Virus record (IMG/VR): IMGVR_UViG_3300038475_000107
Coordinates: 1 to 27,257 of that record
Source of the DNA: a virus
Lineage: Duplodnaviria; Caudoviricetes
DNA length: 27,257 bases
Strand: one strand, 5' to 3'
Below the pieces are notes generated by a model. It saw nothing but the letters and a program-made list of their open reading frames with translations. It was not told the origin of the DNA and did no database searches. Positions 18,242 through 26,257 of this stretch are shown one piece after another. Position numbers and translations under genes: made by a program. The stretch's first letter is position 1; every line of letters begins with the position of its first letter.

Positions 18242-18248
18242 AACAATC

Positions 18249-21200
18249 GTGAGTGATTCCAATTTGCAAATCAATACAGTTGCGTTAGACGGAACCCCCT
18301 GGGTGCCGTTGGTCGTCGCCGGTCGCAAGGCCTTTCGTCGTCCGATCCCTTCGGACGTGCTGGTGCTGTTGCCTACCTCGACGTCTCTCGATCTCATGCA
18401 AGATCCGACTGTGCTCTGGATCTGCAAGAATCTTCGCGCCGTGCTCGGCGAACGTCAATTTGCCGTCGAGGCCGTACTTCACTCACAGCCGTTTCGCGGA
18501 CACGAATTGGTCGAAGACCTGTCGAAACAGAAACGGCGCATCGGAAACTTGTTTCGGACATATCGACCGAAGGTCGTGCTGGTCGTCGGACCGGAATTGA
18601 TCCGCATCTTGAAGCCGACGGTCGCGACTCGGTCGAACGCTAACATCGTCGGCTACGTACATCCGCTCGAGTTCGGGGACAAGGCCGTCGCCGTCTGCGT
18701 TCCGTATTTGCACGACCGCCAGTACGTGTTGCGCAACATCGACGAGATCTCGGTCGACTTCGCCAAAGTGCCGTTCATGCTCGACAATCCGAACGCGCAC
18801 AAGGAAGGCACGATCATCAAACTCGACACCGACAAGTCGGCGAACGAGTACATCGACTTCTTGCTGAACGACCACAAGGGATACCTGGCCTACGATACGG
18901 AAACGCGAAACCGAAACAAACGGTATCACAACCGTCTGGCCAGTATGCAGTTCGCGACCGATACCGAGACCAGTTACGTCCTGTACTGGAACCACGATTA
19001 CAACAACCGTAGTCGCGAGCATGACAAGTTAGTACTTCGGCCGAAGCTGCGTAAGATCTTCGGCGGCTATTCGAAGATCGCTGGTTTGATCGCACATTAC
19101 GCGGTATTCGATATCTCGAGCACTCGGATGGAGTTCGATATCGACTATTGGGGGATCCGGACTTACGATACTGTCTTGATCACACATCTGCTCGACCAGA
19201 ATCGTCAGCGTGACGATCGGATCACGAAACCGTTGCCCGGTGCCAAACCGCACGAGTTGAAACAACTTGTCAATGAGTTCTTCGCATACGACGGATACGA
19301 GGCCGAGACGAAGGCGGCGCGAAAAGACGGAAGCCTCATCGACCTTCCGGAACCACGACTGACTAAATACGCCGGACAGGACGGTTTCGCCGAATATCGG
19401 ATCTTCAAATTCCTGTTGCATTGGGCCAAGACGCTCGGGCGACTTGACGACATCATGCGTTTCTCTAACACGGTGCATGCACGTGCAATCCGGACCTTTC
19501 AGAACATGTCGTACAACGGCATGCTGGTCGATCTCGACTACATCGAGGCATTGGAACGGCCGGACTCGATCATCAACCGAGAGATCCAGTCGGTCAAAGA
19601 CAAGTTCAAGTCGGATCCGGTCGCGATCCGTGTGAACGAGGCACTGTTGCGCAAGAAGACGAATGCGTCTCACTTCTGGCAGATCCCGTGGGTGTTCGAC
19701 ATCGCGAAGCCGGCTTCCAAATTCATGCTGTTCTACGACAAGGAAGTCGGACTCGGGTTAGAGCCGCTTCCCGATCCGAAGAAACCAGAGGAGAAACCGA
19801 AGTCGTCATGCGACGACCATTTCCAGCAGCATTATGCGAAGATTCCGCAGGTCAAATGGCTTACTGAATTCTCCGAAGTCGAGAAGTTGCGCAACACGTA
19901 TGTTTCGAAGATGGGCGCCGCGATTCGAAACGCAAACCGTGACAAAACAGATCTTGCAGATGGTCGTGTACACCCAGATTACAACTTGAACGGCACTGAT
20001 ACTGGTCGACTTTCATGCATCGCAGATGGTTCGATAGTCGATGTCGAAGATTCAAATACGTTCGAATGGCGACAGGTCGAGATAGAAAATGTCAAAGAGG
20101 GCGATCGGGTCTATTGTTATACAGACTTAGGTCAGCCGACTACTCGTGAGGTGAAATGGGCTGGCAAGACCGGTGAGAAACGCTGCATGAAACTGTCTTG
20201 GGAAGGAGACGACCGAAATGGTTATCTCTACCTGACAGATGATCATGAAGTGAACACAGTCCATCATGGCTGGGTTCCAGCATGTGAACTAGTTGAAGGC
20301 GAACAGATCTATGCAATACTTCCGTATTACGGCATCCCGATAAAACAGAAAGTCAAATTAAGATCGGTCGAGGAAGATCTCATTCGAAATGTGTATTGTC
20401 TTGTCGTTGATGATGTGCACAATTTCATCGCCAATGGCATTTGTGTCAAAAATTGTACCAAGCCCAATTTACAACAGATCCCGCGTGCCGACAACGATTT
20501 CAAGAAGGCGGTCAAGAATACATTCATCACACCTCCCGGCACGTGTATCGTCCAGGCCGACTTTTGCGCAGCCGAAGTGCGCATGTGGGGATCACTCAGT
20601 CAAGATGCCTTCTTATGCGAATTGCTGACTAACGCGTTCAACAAGCGCGCCGCATACCGTGCCAACCCGACCGACAAGAAGTTGGAGGAAGATGCGATGC
20701 TCATGGGCGACGTCCATAAGCAGACCGCATCGCTCATGTTCGGCGTCACACTCAAGGAAGTGACAAAGGCTCTTCGCACTGTCACAAAGGGCATCACGTT
20801 CGGATTGATCTATGGTCGCGGCGAACGCTCGATCGCCGAACAGCTTGACAAGTCTGAACAAGAGACGCATGAACTGTGCCAGAAGTTCTTCGCCCAATTC
20901 CCAGAGGGAGTTGCCTGGCTCGAGGAACAGAAACGTTTTGTCCAGCAACACCATTACATCGAGACGCCGTTCAAGCGTCGCCGTTATCTTCCTTGGATAA
21001 ACGATCTCGACCGTAAGCTTCAGTCGTCCGCGTTGCGTCAGTCGATCAATTCTCCGGTGCAATCAGCGGCCGGAGATTTTGCAACTCTTTCTATCTCACT
21101 TCTGGACGAAGAACTCCACAAGCGCCGTTTGTCGAAGCACTTCAAGTTGACGAACGCGGTGCACGATTCGACTCTAGTCGAGGCCCCGGCATCTGCCGAT

Positions 21201-21554
21201 GCGTTGGCCGAGATCGTACCGATCATCCGTCAATGCTTCACGATCCGGTCACGCGACATCGTACAGAACGTATTCGGTTTCGAGACCAAGGCACCGATGG
21301 ACATCGACATCGAAGTATCGCAACGCAAGGCCTGGCACTGTACCAAGTGCGGTCATACTTACAAGTACTACAAGTCAAAATGTGACAAAACGATCCTCGG
21401 CGACGACAAGAAGCCGTTGATCGACAAGAACGGAGACGAGATCAAGTGCGCGCACACCGAGCGCAGCTTGGTCAAGTTGAACGGAGGCTGGGGAACCCTG
21501 ATCGCGCTGGACGAAACTATGTCTGGTTATCGGGAAGCCGCCTCGGGCTTTTAG
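18249..21554 (+). CDS. polA: Family A DNA polymerase with UDG-like N-domain, 3'-5' exonuclease and intein, 1101 aa precursor
   Basis: Exonuclease YDTET, AHYAVFD, YAGQD. Polymerase TGRLS/PNLQQIP, motif A ADFCAAEVR, motif B KGITFGLIYG, NSPVQS, motif C VHDS. Confidence 0.95.
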   Translation: MSDSNLQINTVALDGTPWVPLVVAGRKAFRRPIPSDVLVLLPTSTSLDLMQDPTVLWICKNLRAVLGERQFAVEAVLHSQPFRGHELVEDLSKQKRRIGNLFRTYRPKVVLVVGPELIRILKPTVATRSNANIVGYVHPLEFGDKAVAVCVPYLHDRQYVLRNIDEISVDFAKVPFMLDNPNAHKEGTIIKLDTDKSANEYIDFLLNDHKGYLAYDTETRNRNKRYHNRLASMQFATDTETSYVLYWNHDYNNRSREHDKLVLRPKLRKIFGGYSKIAGLIAHYAVFDISSTRMEFDIDYWGIRTYDTVLITHLLDQNRQRDDRITKPLPGAKPHELKQLVNEFFAYDGYEAETKAARKDGSLIDLPEPRLTKYAGQDGFAEYRIFKFLLHWAKTLGRLDDIMRFSNTVHARAIRTFQNMSYNGMLVDLDYIEALERPDSIINREIQSVKDKFKSDPVAIRVNEALLRKKTNASHFWQIPWVFDIAKPASKFMLFYDKEVGLGLEPLPDPKKPEEKPKSSCDDHFQQHYAKIPQVKWLTEFSEVEKLRNTYVSKMGAAIRNANRDKTDLADGRVHPDYNLNGTDTGRLSCIADGSIVDVEDSNTFEWRQVEIENVKEGDRVYCYTDLGQPTTREVKWAGKTGEKRCMKLSWEGDDRNGYLYLTDDHEVNTVHHGWVPACELVEGEQIYAILPYYGIPIKQKVKLRSVEEDLIRNVYCLVVDDVHNFIANGICVKNCTKPNLQQIPRADNDFKKAVKNTFITPPGTCIVQADFCAAEVRMWGSLSQDAFLCELLTNAFNKRAAYRANPTDKKLEEDAMLMGDVHKQTASLMFGVTLKEVTKALRTVTKGITFGLIYGRGERSIAEQLDKSEQETHELCQKFFAQFPEGVAWLEEQKRFVQQHHYIETPFKRRRYLPWINDLDRKLQSSALRQSINSPVQSAAGDFATLSISLLDEELHKRRLSKHFKLTNAVHDSTLVEAPASADALAEIVPIIRQCFTIRSRDIVQNVFGFETKAPMDIDIEVSQRKAWHCTKCGHTYKYYKSKCDKTILGDDKKPLIDKNGDEIKCAHTERSLVKLNGGWGTLIALDETMSGYREAASGF
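20016..20453 (+). mobile_element. Mini-intein (146 aa, no homing endonuclease) in PolA
   Basis: Interrupts GRLS|CTKPNLQ. Begins CIADGS, block B LTDDH, ends VDDVHNFIANGICVKN with Cys at +1. Confidence 0.93.
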
Positions 21555-21669
21555 CCCATGAACCGACACATATACGTCGAAATGAAGCAACTCATCATTG
21601 GTGGACAAGTTAGTGCCGGTAGGTTCCGGTGCAAATCGTCCAACTCACAACTCGCAATGGAGAAGAATC

Positions 21670-21957
21670 ATGTCAGTTGACATCAAGTCCAAGATCGCCG
21701 AAATCAAGGCCGCCGCATCCAAGAAGACTTCCGACCTGAAGGCCAAGATCACCGGCGTCAAGACCGACTCGGCCAAGAAGATCGCCGATCTGAAGGCAAA
21801 GGCCGCTGGCGCCAAGGCTCCCAAGACCGTGAAGGCCCTCAAGGTCGCCGCACCCAAGGTCGTGAAGGCTCCCAAGGCCCCGGCGGCTCCTGTGTCCAAG
21901 GCTCCGGCTCTGAAGGTCCCCAAGGCCCCCAAGCTGCCCAAGGCTCCTCGCCTCTGA
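21670..21957 (+). CDS. Histone H1-like Lys/Ala/Pro-rich basic protein, 95 aa
   Basis: GGAG SD before ATG 21670. 24 Lys versus 5 acidic residues by hand count, KAP repeats, capsid-like codon bias. Confidence 0.8.
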   Translation: MSVDIKSKIAEIKAAASKKTSDLKAKITGVKTDSAKKIADLKAKAAGAKAPKTVKALKVAAPKVVKAPKAPAAPVSKAPALKVPKAPKLPKAPRL

Positions 21958-21982
21958 TCTGAACATCGCTCAGGTCGCACCT

Positions 21983-22017
21983 GGGCCTGTAGGCGTCACA
22001 ACCTACAGGCCCTTTTT
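21983..22017 (+). terminator. Rho-independent terminator
   Basis: GGGCCTGTAGG and CCTACAGGCCC form a perfect 11-bp stem with an 8-nt loop, then TTTTT. Confidence 0.92.
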
Positions 22018-22062
22018 GTTAGTTACAACTTTCAACTTTCATATTGTCCCAGGAGGGACGCC

Positions 22063-22416
22063 ATGTCCGATTCCAGCTTGCCTGAATCAGAGGGGAACCG
22101 TATTCCCAGACCTCGTCCCAGGAGCGACCGGCAACCTCGAAACGAAACGTTCGTAGACGGACCGCGTGGTCCGATTCGCACGTCTCAACCTGAAGAGGAT
22201 ACTCTTCAACGAGACCTCGTATATGCACGTGAGCACGGCCATGCCCCGGTACGTACTCGAATCGCAAACAACCTGTTGGATGAATCGTCCTTCGCGGTGC
22301 TTGTTCGGATCGATCAGCTTGTCGTGTTGCGCGAGCGGTTGAACGACGACAAGTTCGTGCTCGACGAAATCGAGCGGCTCTTCACGAATCAATTTTCGGA
22401 TACCCTCGGGAGATAG
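22063..22416 (+). CDS. Hypothetical protein, 117 aa
   Basis: AGGAGG SD. Disordered N-half and helical C-half. Confidence 0.7.
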   Translation: MSDSSLPESEGNRIPRPRPRSDRQPRNETFVDGPRGPIRTSQPEEDTLQRDLVYAREHGHAPVRTRIANNLLDESSFAVLVRIDQLVVLRERLNDDKFVLDEIERLFTNQFSDTLGR

Positions 22417-22419
22417 ACG

Positions 22420-22506
22420 ATGCGTAACGGATTCACATTGATCGAACTTGCCGTCGTACTCGGCATTTTGTCAATACCAGCCGGCACCGTCCATTTCATC
22501 GGATGA
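22420..22506 (+). CDS. Mini type IV prepilin-like peptide, 28 aa (not in ORF track)
   Basis: MRNG|FTLIELAVVLGILSIPAGTVHFIG*. GGAG SD 7 nt upstream. Its stop forms ATGA with the next ORF. Confidence 0.75.
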   Translation: MRNGFTLIELAVVLGILSIPAGTVHFIG

Positions 22507-22688
22507 AGTTCGCTGACGGTTTTGTCGAAGCTTGCGCGATGCTCGCCGACCAGCCATACGATCAGCCGACGTTGGCATCGTCGCTGATTCGAGACGCCGG
22601 GATGGTCGACGCGTTGAAAAACACGAAGTCGGACCATCGCGGCATCAAGATCTTGAAACAACAATTGTTGACAAGGAGCACGACATGA
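22503..22688 (+). CDS. Hypothetical protein, 61 aa
   Basis: ATGA overlaps at both ends. Confidence 0.65.
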   Translation: MKFADGFVEACAMLADQPYDQPTLASSLIRDAGMVDALKNTKSDHRGIKILKQQLLTRSTT

Positions 22689-22963
22689 TCGAGAAGACAT
22701 TTTGCAAGAAATGTGGTTCGGACGTCGAAATCGAAATCCCATACATTCGATGGGACAAGCCCTGTCGTTTCGTCGTGAAGTTGTACGGTAATCGCAACGC
22801 AAAGAACCAAGGTTTCGGCGAGCACCAGACGCTCGGGATCGTCGCGTACGATATCGGATCGGTCGCCAAAGCGGCACAGGAGAAATATCCGATGCTGCGC
22901 ATCGAGTCGATCGTCGACACTGACGCGGTCGATCTTGTACTCGATTTCCCGACCGTCGGCTAA
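22685..22963 (+). CDS. Hypothetical protein with N-terminal CxxC, 92 aa
   Basis: AAGGAG SD and ATG 22685 (MIEKTFCKKCGS...). Confidence 0.7.
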   Translation: MIEKTFCKKCGSDVEIEIPYIRWDKPCRFVVKLYGNRNAKNQGFGEHQTLGIVAYDIGSVAKAAQEKYPMLRIESIVDTDAVDLVLDFPTVG

Positions 22964-22972
22964 CTCCACACA

Positions 22973-22985
22973 CAACCTTGTAAAG
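22973..22985 (+). promoter_or_regulatory. CAACCTTGTAAAG motif upstream of the DnaC-like/DnaB/clamp operon
   Basis: Identical to 2761-2773 and 7 nt before ATG 22993. Confidence 0.6.
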
Positions 22986-22992
22986 AATAGGC

Positions 22993-23655
22993 ATGACGTT
23001 CATCCGCCTCAAAAGTTCTTCGTTCTATTTCCGACTGTCAGATCATGAGAAGAAATGCTACAACGCCGGGCTTCCGATTCGGTATACGAGCAAGAACATC
23101 CATGATCTCACCTTCGCACCATATCTGATCGGTGAGCGCAAGCGCGTTACAGCTCAACGACAAGAAGACGGGTTGTCGAACTTCATCACAAAGCTTCATG
23201 TCAATTCCGGTTTCAACGGGATCATGGCATTTCATTCAGCACCGACCGACGAGGCCGCGTTTCAAGCCGCCGCGTCGATCTTCGAGAGTGCCATCGAGCG
23301 TGGATTTGCATGCCGTTGTCTGTCGACATCGCAGCTTCTTGCAAAAGATCCGATCGGCGCCTGTGACGTCTATCTCGTGCACGGAGTCAACGATTTGCCG
23401 AACCCACAGGTCATCTGGGCGTTACGCGATTTCATGCGTGATCGTGACGGATCGCTTCGTATGCTGGTGATGACCAGCGGAAAGGAACTGGCGTTGGACG
23501 TGCTGATACACGAGCAGCTGCGTATGCACTGTGATTTCTTGTTCTGCCTCCAAGACGAAGCGTCGACTATCGAAGCTGATTATCGTGCAAAACCCGTCTC
23601 GGCGTCCGGCACGATCCCAAAGCCGTCGAATGCGTATCGTCGGGTAAGGACCTGA
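22993..23655 (+). CDS. Degenerate DnaC/IstB-like AAA+ protein (putative helicase loader), 220 aa
   Basis: AGLPIRY, AAASI...ERGFACRCLS, DVYLV and LVMTS follow the DnaC layout, but the Walker motifs are eroded. Directly upstream of dnaB. Confidence 0.55.
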   Translation: MTFIRLKSSSFYFRLSDHEKKCYNAGLPIRYTSKNIHDLTFAPYLIGERKRVTAQRQEDGLSNFITKLHVNSGFNGIMAFHSAPTDEAAFQAAASIFESAIERGFACRCLSTSQLLAKDPIGACDVYLVHGVNDLPNPQVIWALRDFMRDRDGSLRMLVMTSGKELALDVLIHEQLRMHCDFLFCLQDEASTIEADYRAKPVSASGTIPKPSNAYRRVRT

Positions 23656-23656
23656 C

Positions 23657-25066
23657 ATGCGCAAGTTCGACACACGAACTGAAATTCAGGTACTCGCATC
23701 GATCGCGAACAGCACGCATTACAACTTCAAGTATCTCGGACTGGTGAAGCAAGAGATGTTCGGCAGTCCGGCGTCTCAGGAGATATACCAGCGCATTTCG
23801 AAGCTTGCCTCGGAAGGCGGGAAGATCCCGAGCTTCGAGGCGTTGGCACGTGATCCGAGACTGTCTCAGGCTTCTCGACAGATAGTCGTCAGCGCTCGAA
23901 CGGTCCGATACCGTAGTCCGGCCGACTTTGAACAGGGTGTCAAGACCCTTTCGACGTACTACAAGGCTCGGATGCTTCTCGATACGCACGAGAAGATCAC
24001 AGCCGCGTTGAGCGGTGACAGCATCGAAGACGACTTCGCCGACATCGAGGGAAGTCTCGAGAACACGTTGTTCAAGATGCGCACCGAAGGAGTCGAAGAG
24101 AAGATCTGGACAGGCAAGGCCGGCAAGGCCGATTTGAAGGATCTAGCAAAACGTGCGTTGGACAACGCGTCGACCGGACGCAAGTTCAAGACGGGTTGGG
24201 GAGAATTCGACGAGAACACCGGCGGACTCGAACCGGGCAACGTGATGCTGATCACGGCGAACACCGGCGGTGGCAAGTCGGTCGCGGCCGTCACGATGCT
24301 GACGAACATGTATCGCGGTCAGAATTTGAACGTGGCCTACATCTCTCTCGAGATGAACGAGAACGAGGTGATGGAGCGCATGATTTCAAACGTGACCGGC
24401 GAGGAATTCGCGCCGATCCATCTTGGGAGACTATCTCCGGTGCGCAAGGCTGAAATTCTCGAGAAGTTCGATCGGTTCAACGACAGCAGCACCGGGTCGT
24501 TGAATCTCTACACACCGAAGCAAGATTATACGATCGAGCAGCTGTTCAACCAGATCCAAAGTGCGAAACTCGACGTCGCCATCTTGGACTATTTGGGCCT
24601 TGTGCGCCCCGGAAACTACGGCAAGAATGCGACCGAGGAATACCAGCTTCGTCAGATGACACGCTTTGCAAAACGTGCGGCCGAACGCATGGGGTGCGCC
24701 GTCATCTTGCTGGCTCAGTTGAACGACGAGGGACAAATCATGTACTCGCGCGGCATCGGGCATCACGTGCATTACTGGCTCAAATGGTTCTGCCGTGATG
24801 AAGACATCCAGCGCGGATTCGTCGTCGTTGAGAACGGAAAGTCTCGAAACGCGGAGAAGAAGGACTTCTATCTCACGACGAACTTCAAAAGTATGAGAAT
24901 GGACAATGTCGCCAATCCGCCGGGTCTCGAGGACTTCAAGAAGTCTCAACAAGAGGCACGACCTCAAGGCAAGGGAGTCACACAGCATGCGACTCGGCGA
25001 CCTCCGAAGCCGCCGACTCCAGTCGGCACCAACATCGAAATCAACCTATTCGACAGCGTGGAGTGA
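23657..25066 (+). CDS. dnaB: DnaB-like replicative helicase
   Basis: GGLEPG, ANTGGGKS, ISLEM, ILDYLGL, LLAQLN, KSRN. Confidence 0.94.
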   Translation: MRKFDTRTEIQVLASIANSTHYNFKYLGLVKQEMFGSPASQEIYQRISKLASEGGKIPSFEALARDPRLSQASRQIVVSARTVRYRSPADFEQGVKTLSTYYKARMLLDTHEKITAALSGDSIEDDFADIEGSLENTLFKMRTEGVEEKIWTGKAGKADLKDLAKRALDNASTGRKFKTGWGEFDENTGGLEPGNVMLITANTGGGKSVAAVTMLTNMYRGQNLNVAYISLEMNENEVMERMISNVTGEEFAPIHLGRLSPVRKAEILEKFDRFNDSSTGSLNLYTPKQDYTIEQLFNQIQSAKLDVAILDYLGLVRPGNYGKNATEEYQLRQMTRFAKRAAERMGCAVILLAQLNDEGQIMYSRGIGHHVHYWLKWFCRDEDIQRGFVVVENGKSRNAEKKDFYLTTNFKSMRMDNVANPPGLEDFKKSQQEARPQGKGVTQHATRRPPKPPTPVGTNIEINLFDSVE

Positions 25067-25069
25067 CGA

Positions 25070-26257
25070 ATGACGAATGACACGTCCATCGACGTACTCG
25101 ACGGCGAGGCTCTTGCGAAGGTATCTCGTTCACTTGCCGAGCTCGTGCACATCGCGTCTCCCGGCATTGCATTCGACACATACGTGACATTGCGTGCAAA
25201 GACCGTTCCCGTCGAGAGCAAGACTGCGACGAAGTTAGTTGCCTCGATCTCATGCGGGGTACTCAGCGCCGAGATCGTTGCCGGAGAATGTATCGCGCAC
25301 GGCCCGCTTCCGTTCGTTGAGCTCGTAGCACGGTCTCAGTTTTTCACGAGCTTCGACAGCAAGAACGAAGTCAAACTTGCCGTTCAACAGGGAACTGGAA
25401 AGATCGCATACAAGAGAGGTCGTCTGTCTGGAACCGTCGCCGCGATCGACCCGACTTCGATCGTGCCGACGACCATGCGTACTGAGAATGCACCGATCGT
25501 GCTTCCGGCGAAGACCGTGCGCAGCTTGCTCAAGTCGACTAACTTCTCGTCGGACGATCCGAACTCGTCTACGACAGGCCCGATCTCGCGTCTTGAATTC
25601 GCAGACGTCAAGTACGGTCCACGCATGTTCAAGTACGCACAGTGCGTCACATATGATTCACTGTGCGGATCACGGTCTCAATTGCCGAAAGAGCTCAAAG
25701 ATGTCCCGAAGACATTCTCGGCTAAGATCGTCTTGCCGAACCGCCTGTTGAACACGTTGCTCAGTTTCATCGACGACTCGAAGAACTTCTCGTTGGCGGT
25801 CGATCCGAGCGTTTCGCTGCTCTTCAAAGCCGAAGGCATAAAGGTCTGTATGGCTTTGAGCGAGTACGCAGACATAGAGGTCGGCACGATGATCAGCCAG
25901 ATGAAGCACGATGCGACCGAGGGGATCAAGTTAGATCCCGGAGACGTCATCGAGGCGGTCGGAGGCATCATTTCGGTCGCAGCACTAGACAAGGAAGTCA
26001 CCAACTTGATCGTGTCGCATAAAGACAACGTTGTGACATTTTCAGTCAAATCGGACGTCATCAACGGACAACATGCGGTCGCATGCACCCCGGCTCGATC
26101 GGGGAAACAGATGAACATCATGGTCGACGCTCGTCGTTTCTTGAACTTCGTGAAACCATGCAGAGGCGTCGACGAAGGCACGTTCGAGATCTTGCATCAC
26201 AACGGACGCGTGATCCTTGATTCACCTACGGCCACTTTCGCGTTTTCGGTGATCTGA
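25070..26257 (+). CDS. DNA polymerase III beta sliding clamp-like protein, 395 aa
   Basis: Size and three-domain alpha/beta rhythm fit a clamp. LLKSTNFSSDD...CVTYDS and IMVDARRFLNFVK echo DnaN segments. Follows dnaB. Confidence 0.6.
   Translation: MTNDTSIDVLDGEALAKVSRSLAELVHIASPGIAFDTYVTLRAKTVPVESKTATKLVASISCGVLSAEIVAGECIAHGPLPFVELVARSQFFTSFDSKNEVKLAVQQGTGKIAYKRGRLSGTVAAIDPTSIVPTTMRTENAPIVLPAKTVRSLLKSTNFSSDDPNSSTTGPISRLEFADVKYGPRMFKYAQCVTYDSLCGSRSQLPKELKDVPKTFSAKIVLPNRLLNTLLSFIDDSKNFSLAVDPSVSLLFKAEGIKVCMALSEYADIEVGTMISQMKHDATEGIKLDPGDVIEAVGGIISVAALDKEVTNLIVSHKDNVVTFSVKSDVINGQHAVACTPARSGKQMNIMVDARRFLNFVKPCRGVDEGTFEILHHNGRVILDSPTATFAFSVI

Noticed and set aside
16140-21603. Shared intergenic 9-mers TCATTGGTG (16140, 21595) and GTTAGTGCC (about 2746, about 21609) as a second promoter class
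   Set aside because: Only two copies each, with no fixed spacing to starts. Could be chance.
21558-21680. 40-aa ORF MNRHIYVEMKQ... and the track's 21598 start for the H1-like gene
   Set aside because: No SD, and it overlaps the structured leader. ATG 21670 has an SD and marks where the codon bias begins.
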